A stretch of DNA of 64,000 bases from an uncultured Gemmatimonadales bacterium (lineage in GTDB: Bacteria > Gemmatimonadota > Gemmatimonadetes > Gemmatimonadales > GWC2-71-9). Below are positions 57,362 to 64,000 of the stretch, piece by piece. The notes under the pieces are model-generated. The model worked only from the letters and a program-made list of their open reading frames with translations. It was not told the DNA's origin and ran no database searches. The DNA is taken from the NCBI GenBank assembly GCA_963844035.1, contig CAWJMT010000027.1, positions 49,173 through 113,172 on the forward strand. Reading direction: 5' to 3'. Numbering within the stretch: position 1 is the stretch's first letter; the number at the start of each line of letters is the position of its first letter. Position numbers and translations under genes: made by a program.

Positions 57362-57442
57362 ACGTGTGAGGTTGCCGCGTAGCCAGTTGCGCTACGCCGA
57401 AGAAAGCCGGGAGCGTGATGCTTACCGGCTTTCGTCTTTTCT
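57362..57442 (+). ncRNA. Putative anti-tRNA small RNA 1
   Basis: First 19 nt are the exact reverse complement of 57249-57267, then near-complement of the D-arm; ends in the GAAAGCCGG/CCGGCTTTC hairpin. Confidence 0.65.
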
Positions 57443-57491
57443 GCCCGCCCTCGTCCGCCTTCCACCGCCGCCGTTCCGTGATACGGACACC

Positions 57492-57510
57492 GTATGCATA
57501 TTCTGCATAC
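57492..57510. promoter_or_regulatory. Palindromic operator upstream of the antitoxin
   Basis: GTATGCA-TATTC-TGCATAC perfect inverted repeat. Confidence 0.55.
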
Positions 57511-57531
57511 TCCACATTCGGGAGACGTTGT

Positions 57532-57771
57532 ATGGGACACAAGGTGCGCAAGACGCTGAACATTGACGCAGACAAACTGAAGCGCGCGCAGGACTACCTG
57601 GGGCTCGACACTGAGACCGAGGTGATTGACCTGCTACTCAACCGGCTGCTGGACGATTGCGAATTCGAGCGCGAACTGGCGGAACTGAACCGCGAATTCG
57701 GGACAGTCCTCAAGGGTTTCCGGTCCCCGCTCGTTGCGCGCCTAAAGCCGCGGCTCGGCATCTCCCGCTAA
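57532..57771 (+). CDS. VapB-like (RHH) antitoxin, orphan
   Basis: RKTLNIDADKLKRAQDYLGLDTETEVID pattern; GGAGA RBS. Confidence 0.65.
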   Translation: MGHKVRKTLNIDADKLKRAQDYLGLDTETEVIDLLLNRLLDDCEFERELAELNREFGTVLKGFRSPLVARLKPRLGISR

Positions 57772-57895
57772 AGCGGGTCTGCGCCGCCCGTTCACGGGCA
57801 GGTGCCGAGCCGCGAGTTCACTCGCGCACTCCAACACACGCCGAGCCGCCGTCCGGCCATATTGCCACCGTGCCCGCTCCCAGCTCCCCTCCCCC

Positions 57896-58747
57896 GTGAC
57901 CCTCCCCCAACTCCTCACGTTGCTGCGCAAATCGGTGGTGGCGTGGTATGACGACGACTGTTCCAGCATGGGCGCGGCGCTCGCCTTCTACACGCTCTTC
58001 TCCATCGCTCCGCTGCTCGTGATTGTCGTCGGCGTCGGGAGCCTGATTTTCGGCCGCGATGCCGCCCACGCGCAGATCCTCGGCCAGGTGCGCGCACTCA
58101 TGGGCGACGCCGGCGCCCAGGCCGTCGCGGACCTCTTCAATAGCGCGAACAGCCCCGCGACCAGCGCCCTCACCGCACTGGTGGGTACCATCTTCCTGCT
58201 GTTCGGCGCGACGGCCGTGTTCACTGAGGTGTACGGCAATTTCGACCGCATCTGGCGCAACCCCTCCCCTCCCAAAGCCAGCGGCATCTGGGAACTCGTC
58301 CGCACCCGCATCCTGTCGTTCGGGATGCTCCTCAGCATCGGATTCCTGCTGCTCATCTCGCTTGTCATGTCGGCCGGCATCGCGGCGGCCGGCGACTGGT
58401 GGTGGATCGGCTTTCTGCGCTGGCCGCTCGTGGGCAAGGCCGTCCGCGTGATCGTGAGCCTCGCCACCTACACGTTGGCCTTCGCGATGATCTACAAGGT
58501 TCTGCCCCGCGCAAGCATCCACTGGCACGACGTCTGGACCGGCGCGGCGGTGACCGCCGCGTTGTTCGAGATCGGCAAGCTGTTCATCGGGTGGTACCTC
58601 GCAAGCAGCATCACGTCGGTGCTCGGCGCAGCCGGCTCGCTTGTGGTGCTGCTCGTCTGGCTCTACTACTCGGCGCAGGTGTTCCTGCTCGGTGCGGAGT
58701 TCACCAAGGTGTACGCCTATCGGCGCGGGTCGCGTTCGGGAAAGTAG
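57896..58747 (+). CDS. YihY/BrkB family membrane protein
   Basis: MGAALAFYTLFSIAPLL, IYKVLP, GAAGSLVVLLVWLYYSAQVFLLGAEF. Confidence 0.93.
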   Translation: MTLPQLLTLLRKSVVAWYDDDCSSMGAALAFYTLFSIAPLLVIVVGVGSLIFGRDAAHAQILGQVRALMGDAGAQAVADLFNSANSPATSALTALVGTIFLLFGATAVFTEVYGNFDRIWRNPSPPKASGIWELVRTRILSFGMLLSIGFLLLISLVMSAGIAAAGDWWWIGFLRWPLVGKAVRVIVSLATYTLAFAMIYKVLPRASIHWHDVWTGAAVTAALFEIGKLFIGWYLASSITSVLGAAGSLVVLLVWLYYSAQVFLLGAEFTKVYAYRRGSRSGK

Positions 58748-58846
58748 CTGACGTGACCTCACCCCCTGACCCCCTCTCCCTATCGGGAGAGGGGGAACGC
58801 GCGGGACGTGTCGCGACATCACCGCCTTCGACCGCCCTCGTCCGCC

Positions 58847-58921
58847 CAGTTCTGTGAATCGGATGATGCTCGCGTAGAAATGGTTACGCCCTGCCATCAG
58901 AACCCGGTACGGTTGAGGCCA
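58847..58921 (+). repeat. Conserved ~75-nt non-coding element B1
   Basis: Differs from 61086-61160 at about 8 positions. Confidence 0.7.
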
Positions 58922-58991
58922 GTCCTCTCTCCCCCGGCTCGTGAGGTGGCTCTTGACTCGGCACGCACCATCGCCAACGATTCCGTCAGCC

Positions 58992-59268
58992 ATGCCGGTC
59001 ACGATTCCCTCCGCAGCCCTGCGCCAGATGAGCGAGGCGGAGCGCACGCGGCTTCTCGATGCCGCGTTCGCGCACTCGCCTGAGGCCCTGGCCAACTATC
59101 TCGCCGTGCTCGACGCCCGCATCCGGGTGTTCGAGCAGCGCTACGAGCTGCCGACGTCGGCGCTTCCTGAAGCCATGGCCTCCGGCCAGCTCCGGGACAC
59201 GGCAGACGTGAGTGAGTGGCTGTTCTGGGCACAGCTGCGGAGTGACCTTGCCCGGGAAGCACGGCTAA
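58992..59268 (+). CDS. TumA-like antitoxin
   Basis: FEQRYELPT...SGQLRDTADVSEW pattern; overlaps the toxin start; its stop needs a small indel correction. Confidence 0.6.
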
Positions 59269-59712
59269 CCGCCTCGGCAACTACCTCGACGTTCACGACT
59301 CCCACATCGCGGACCTCATCGCCGAGGGGTTCGTGGTGGAAGATCAGTCGCGGTTCATTTTCCTGCCGGTCTCGTGGTGCTGGAGGGTGTGATCGTTTGC
59401 CTTGACCGCATCAGACTTGAGGTGCGGAAGGAGATCGAGGTCCTGGAGGGACGCGGGATGGCCGCTCGCGTGGACTCGTCGGTTCCGGTATCACGCCTGG
59501 CTACGCGGCGTCTACAACGTCCTGCGGTACGAATCCGCTCACGAACACCGCCCGCACCCTCACAAGCACGTGTACGACACGTTCGGTCACGGACGCGAGC
59601 CGAGTGTCATTGACTTGAGAAAGAGGATGATGTTCCGACGCTCGGCGAGGTTCTGCGGGAGTTGCAGGCGTGGCACGAGGGGAACGCGGCCAGGCTGAAG
59701 TATCTGAAGTGA
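59248..59712 (+). CDS. DUF6516/TumE-like toxin (frameshifted)
   Basis: Stitched frames give FRYHAW...VLRYESAHEHRPHPHKH...PTLGEVLREL. Confidence 0.6.
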
Positions 59713-59752
59713 GGTCATTGCGCCGCGAAAACCTTGACGATATTCTTCGATC

Positions 59753-59832
59753 ACTTGCGGGGTTGCCGCGTAGCCAGTTGCGCTACGCCGAAGAAAGCCG
59801 GGGAGCGTGATGCTCACCGGCTTTCGTCGTCT
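59753..59832 (+). ncRNA. Putative anti-tRNA small RNA, orphan copy
   Basis: Promoter TTGCGC-N17-TATTCT (59718-59746); same body and hairpin; anti-loop TTGCGGG. Confidence 0.6.
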
Positions 59833-59869
59833 CCGCCCAGTGAACCCCGGGGCCGTCCTCGTCGCGGGT

Positions 59870-59905
59870 TACCCCGGGGCACGGCCCCGGGGTAAACCCA
59901 CCCGG
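59870..59905. repeat. REP-like CCCCGGGGCAC.GCCCCGGGGTAAACCCACCCGG element
   Basis: Recurs at 61000-61035. Confidence 0.6.
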
Positions 59906-60107
59906 ATGAGATCCCAACGATGACCGCCTTCGCCCGCCTTCCACCGCCGTCCTTCGTCGGATCCGTCGCAAGAATTCGGTATGCGTAGCGTTGCTGCGGT
60001 ACGCAGGCCGCGACCAACGCTTCTACATTCGCGCCGCGGCACGGTGGCGTTTGCATGGTCCGTCGTCCTGGCCTTCGGGCTTACCAGTGGTTCGCAACCG
60101 GAATGGT

Positions 60108-60191
60108 GCTGGCGTGGCGAAACTGGTAAACGCAGTAACCTTGCAAGTTGCCGGGCGTGAGCCCTTGTGGGTTCGAATCCCACCGCCAGCA
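60108..60191 (+). tRNA. Non-canonical tRNA: Leu-type class II body with TGC (Ala) anticodon
   Basis: Near-identical to 57227-57310; stem GTAAC-CTTGCAA-GTTGC; U3:A70, so no G3:U70. Confidence 0.85.
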
Positions 60192-60246
60192 CCGCCGCGT
60201 TCTTTTGCCATTGCGCCGCCAAGACCTGACTCGATATTGTTCGACC

Positions 60247-60326
60247 ACTTGCAAGGTTGCCGCGTAGCCAGTTCGCTACGTCAAGAAAGCCGGAGAGCGT
60301 CATGCTCACCGGCTTTCGTCGTTTCT
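60247..60326 (+). ncRNA. Putative anti-tRNA small RNA 2
   Basis: Promoter TTGCGC-N18-TATTGT (60211-60240); starts ACTTGCAAGGTT, complementary to the TGC anticodon arm. Confidence 0.65.
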
Positions 60327-60452
60327 GCCCCGTCGTTTCTGTCCCGCTAACCCCGCACCGCGTTTGCTTCCCGACACCGCCTTTGCCTTCCCGACACCGC
60401 CTTCGGCCTTCAACCGCCCTCGCCCGCCCACCTGTCCCACCGACCCGTATAT

Positions 60453-60977
60453 TTGACCTCGCGCGACAGCATCAACACCCAGCTGCGCGCGGCGTTGGAC
60501 GGTGCCACGGCGCAGTGGGGGATCAAGATTGTGCGGGTGGAGCTGAAGAACATCACGCCACCGGAGGAGATTCGCCTCACGATGGAGAAGCAGATGACCG
60601 CCGAGCGGAGCCGGCGGGCCGTGGTCACGACCGCGGAGGGCGAGAAATCGTCCGCGATTCTGCGCGCCGAGGGGCTGAAGCAGGCGGCGATCGTCACGGC
60701 CGAAGGAGAGAAGCAGTCCGCGATTCTCAGTGCCGAAGGTCAGGCCGAAGCACGGCTGCGTGTGGCGGGGGCCGAGGCGCAGGCGCTGCGGGTGGTGGCT
60801 GAAGCGCTCGGGAAGGACGGCAAGCCGGCGCAATACCTCATCGCCAAGAGCTATCTCGAGTCACTGACCGGCATCGCGAGCGATGCCCAGAAGGTCGTCT
60901 TCATGCCGTTCGAAGCATCCTCGGCGATGGCGTCGATCGGGGCGATCAAGGAGTTGTGGGGGGCGACGGGGGGGTGA
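60453..60977 (+). pseudogene. N-terminally truncated SPFH/stomatin (QmcA-like) gene
   Basis: Begins mid-domain at LTSRDSIN; WGIKIVRVELKNI, MEKQMTAER, AEGEK repeats. Confidence 0.8.
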
Positions 60978-61085
60978 GGGGGTGGGCGACGCGTGTTTAG
61001 CCCCGGGGCACCGCCCCGGGGTAAACCCACCCGGTCAAGATTCACTGTGTTGCCCGCCCTCGCCTGCCGCTTCACCCTCCCGCCG

Positions 61086-61160
61086 CAGTTCGGTGAATCG
61101 GATGATTCTTGCGTAGAAAGGGTTACGCCCTGCTAATAGAATCCGGTACGGTTGAGGCCA
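61086..61160 (+). repeat. Conserved ~75-nt non-coding element B2
   Basis: Copy of 58847-58921; CAGTTCGG can pair with CCGAACTG just downstream. Confidence 0.7.
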
Positions 61161-61283
61161 ACCGAACTGCCTCCTCACTCCCGCGCGGACTGTCACACCC
61201 TGTTCGCACCTCGGTGCAACTTCAGCGTGGAGGCAGTGTGGCAATCTTGAAGTCGTGCCGCGCCCGACAGAGCGAAGGGACAC

Positions 61284-62348
61284 GTGGCACGCCCTGATCG
61301 CCTCAACATCATCGGAGAGCTCGAGCGCCTTCGTGGCTCGCGCGTCATCACCTTGCTTACGGGTGACCGGGCTCCGGACTACGGCACGATCATCGCGGGC
61401 GACGCGCCGCCACTGCTCTACCGGCATCTCGAGCGGCTGGGCAAGGTCGATCAGATCGACCTTCTCCTCTATAGCCGAGGCGGGCACACTCTAAGCGGCT
61501 TTCGCATCCCGGCACTGGTTCGCGAGTACTGCACACGGTTTTGCGTGTTGATCCCGTACCGAGCGCACAGTGCCGCTACGCTGGTGGCCCTGGGCGCCGA
61601 CGAGATCGTCATGACGCCGCTAGCGGAGTTGAGCCCGGTCGATCCTTCTACGAATGGTCCGTTTAATCCTCCCGCGCCCGTGCAGGTGGCAGCGGGACAA
61701 ATGCCCCCGACGTTCCCCGTAAGTGTGGAGGACGTCGTGGGCTACCTGAACCTCGCGAGAGAGGAAGCGGGCCTTCAGGATTCTCAGGCGATGCGGGAGG
61801 TGTTTACTCGGCTGGCGACAGACGTCCGCCCGCTGGCGCTTGGGCAGGTTTTTCGCGCACGATCGCAGATTCGCATGTTGATCCGCAAGTTGCTCCTGCT
61901 ACACGAGAATCCACCCGGCCGCTCGCGAATCGCGGGTCTCGTGAAGGCCGCACCGGCGCGTCGGCGAATGAGAAGCATCGTTACGACCCTCTCAGAGAGA
62001 CTCCTCTCTCACGACTACTTGATCACGCGCGCGGAGGCGAAGACGCTCGGTCTCAAGGTAAAGTTTGCCTCGGCGGACGAAGAAGGGCGCATGCTTGCCC
62101 TGTACCGCGACTACGAAGCGGCTATGCAACTCTCAGAACCCTTCAACGTGGAGACCGTTCTCCCGGCCTCGGGGACGCTGCAGATCACCTTCGAGCGGGC
62201 ATACATCGAGAGCAGCTTCGGTGCCCACATCTACCGCACAGTGAAGGAGTTCAGGCGGGCAGCAGCGGCGGGGCAGCAAGCGCAGCAGTTGCAAACTGCG
62301 GAACGCATCGTGCATGACGGTTGGGTGTTGACCGACGCTAAACCGTAA
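61284..62348 (+). CDS. SDH-family ClpP-fold serine protease
   Basis: IDLLLYSRGG, IPYRAHSAATLVALGADEIVM, LSPVDP, SHDYLITRAEA..LGLKV. Confidence 0.85.
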   Translation: MARPDRLNIIGELERLRGSRVITLLTGDRAPDYGTIIAGDAPPLLYRHLERLGKVDQIDLLLYSRGGHTLSGFRIPALVREYCTRFCVLIPYRAHSAATLVALGADEIVMTPLAELSPVDPSTNGPFNPPAPVQVAAGQMPPTFPVSVEDVVGYLNLAREEAGLQDSQAMREVFTRLATDVRPLALGQVFRARSQIRMLIRKLLLLHENPPGRSRIAGLVKAAPARRRMRSIVTTLSERLLSHDYLITRAEAKTLGLKVKFASADEEGRMLALYRDYEAAMQLSEPFNVETVLPASGTLQITFERAYIESSFGAHIYRTVKEFRRAAAAGQQAQQLQTAERIVHDGWVLTDAKP

Positions 62349-62701
62349 GAGATATTGCCACTTCAATGGATGACTTCTTGAGGGGCTACTCCTTGAAGGT
62401 ACTGGGCGCGTGGACGGGTGCCCGGGTGGCTTTCCCGGCCCAGTCTGCGGGAGCTGAACCGTGGAGCGGCGCTTTCGATCACGCCGCGCCTACGTGGACG
62501 CCAGCCAGCCGACCCTTCTCGCTCCACAGGAGGAGTTGCCGCTCGAAACGCCTCCCGCTCCCGATGCGGAAGCCACCTAGACTCCTCGGCCGCCGCCCGT
62601 ATCAGACCGCCGCAGTACCCCGTCTCCACCGCCCTCCACCCCAACCGCCCTCGCCCGCCCGACCCTCGCCGCATGTCACACCGCGACCGCATATTCTCCC
62701 C

Positions 62702-63323
62702 GTGCCCAGCACACCAAAGTTCGCTCCCTCCCCACGCCTCACGGCAGCGTTCGAGTATGCCTGCCAGCTCCACGCGAACCAGCTTCGGAAAGGGGCGACG
62801 ATCCCGTACATCGCCCATCTGATGGCCGTCGCCGCGCTGGTGATGGAGCACGGCGGCGGCGAGGACGAGGCCATGGCGGCGTGCTGCACGATGCCATTGA
62901 GGATCAGAACCACGACGGGTCGGTTCCGGGAGAGGTCGGCGCGCGGTTTGGGCCGAAAGTGCTCGCGCTCGTCGAGGCCTGTTCCGACTCAAAGGGGCCG
63001 GACAAGCCACCCTGGCGGGAGCGCAAGGCAGCGTATGTGGCCCATCTACGGACCGCGCCACCGAGCGTACGTCTTCATCTCGGCGGCAGACAAGCTGCAC
63101 AACGCCCGCGCGATTCTTGAAGACTACCGCAGGCTGGGCGACGAGTTGTGGGAGCGGTTCAATACGGGTCGGGAGGACAGTTGCGGTTACTACAGCGACC
63201 TGGTCACTGCATTCAGAAGGCCGTGACCAGCGGCCAGACTCGAGCGTTGGTGGACGAGCTGGATCGGTGGTGACGGCGCTCGAACGCGAAATCGACAGCG
63301 CCGCCGAGGGCCCAGGGAAGTGA
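62702..63323 (+). CDS. HD-domain protein, Mesh1/small alarmone hydrolase-like (frameshifted)
   Basis: HANQLRKG..PYIAHL, LHDAIED, ACSD, WRERK, ADKLHNAR. Confidence 0.88.
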
Positions 63324-63375
63324 CGCTGACGTTGCAAGGTGCGACTTGGGTCTTAGGCATGGGGCGTTTGACCAC

Positions 63376-64000
63376 ATGACCAAGAGAAGGACCCCGACGG
63401 ATGGCAGCAATCTAGTTTACGGAGAGGTGGAAGGCTCGCTGGTTTTCATCCCGCACGCGAAAGCGCAGGAGCTTGCTAAGATCTGGGCCGCATTGGGTTC
63501 CGCCTCGACGTGGGGCGAGTTCCGATCCTTGATGCCTCCGACCAGATACGAGGCATTGCTTGCAGACATGGTCTACGCCGTCGACTTCGATTCGTTCTTT
63601 GCACAGGAGTTGCTGGACAATCCGAGCCTGACTCGTGACCAAGCGTTCTTGGCGTACCGCGAGGTTGATGTGGGGGAGCGACTGCCATTTGATGACGATG
63701 CGTTTGAGGGATACGCACTCCCCCAGGTGGCGGACGGCGACTACCCCGAGTGGTCAGCTCAAGAAATGCTCAACTGGGTACCGGCAGTCATCGTTAATCA
63801 ACCCTTCAGCAAGATTGAGAGATCTGTCCACAATGGTCAGTTTCTGATACTGGATCCCAAGAAGGAGCGAGAGATTGTTGCTGCGTTCGCTGCCGCAGGT
63901 TTCCGCTCCACCAAAGATCAACAGCTGGTATCACAAGCCACCGGTCATTGGGCGCCTGTCGACTCCGAGGAGTCCATACCAGAACTGATCCTTGCCCTCA
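63376..64000 (+). CDS. Hypothetical protein (runs off the window)
   Basis: Uninterrupted frame from ATG 63376 to the window end (MTKRRTPTDGSNLVYGEVEG...DGDYPEW); absent from the ORF track because it has no stop. Confidence 0.65.
   Translation, partial: MTKRRTPTDGSNLVYGEVEGSLVFIPHAKAQELAKIWAALGSASTWGEFRSLMPPTRYEALLADMVYAVDFDSFFAQELLDNPSLTRDQAFLAYREVDVGERLPFDDDAFEGYALPQVADGDYPEWSAQEMLNWVPAVIVNQPFSKIERSVHNGQFLILDPKKEREIVAAFAAAGFRSTKDQQLVSQATGHWAPVDSEESIPELILAL

Noticed and set aside
58855..58890. Hammerhead ribozyme in element B
   Set aside because: The core reads CGGATGA rather than CTGATGA, and the required stems are not evident.
57103..60326. Repeats as a CRISPR array or as ordinary tRNA-Val, tRNA-Ala or tRNA-Sec genes
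   Set aside because: There is no regular repeat-spacer period and no cas gene. The bodies are class II Leu-type. TCA in copy 1 is at positions 33-35, not the anticodon, and the stems are 7/5 rather than Sec-like.

Overview
High-GC bacterial chromosome segment; the gene set suggests Gemmatimonadota (inference). Many single-base frameshifts in essential genes (atpA, atpG, mlaE/F, mltG, tdh, kbl) look like long-read indel errors. Positions 1-56.9 kb are mostly housekeeping: waaA, outer-membrane barrels, atpAGDC, Mla transporter, a sigma factor, a 6-tRNA operon, dipZ, GGDEF, M13 peptidase, Ser/Thr kinase, a MoxR/DUF58 operon, rho-ruvX-mltG, thiE/aroH, rlmI, tdh-kbl, mpg, NYN, a two-component pair, a four-helix-bundle gene and an HNH nuclease. 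From about 57 kb there is an accessory region with toxin-antitoxin and stress genes. Its most striking content is a repeated RNA-only module. Each copy has a tRNA with a tRNA-Leu-type body but a non-Leu anticodon (CAC, or TGC) and a 5' leader able to sequester its D-arm. Each is followed by a small RNA with its own putative promoter and terminator, antisense to the tRNA 5' half. The small RNA's anti-anticodon changes in step with its partner tRNA, and a third, orphan copy is also present. This is a candidate mistranslating-tRNA toxin / anti-tRNA antitoxin system.
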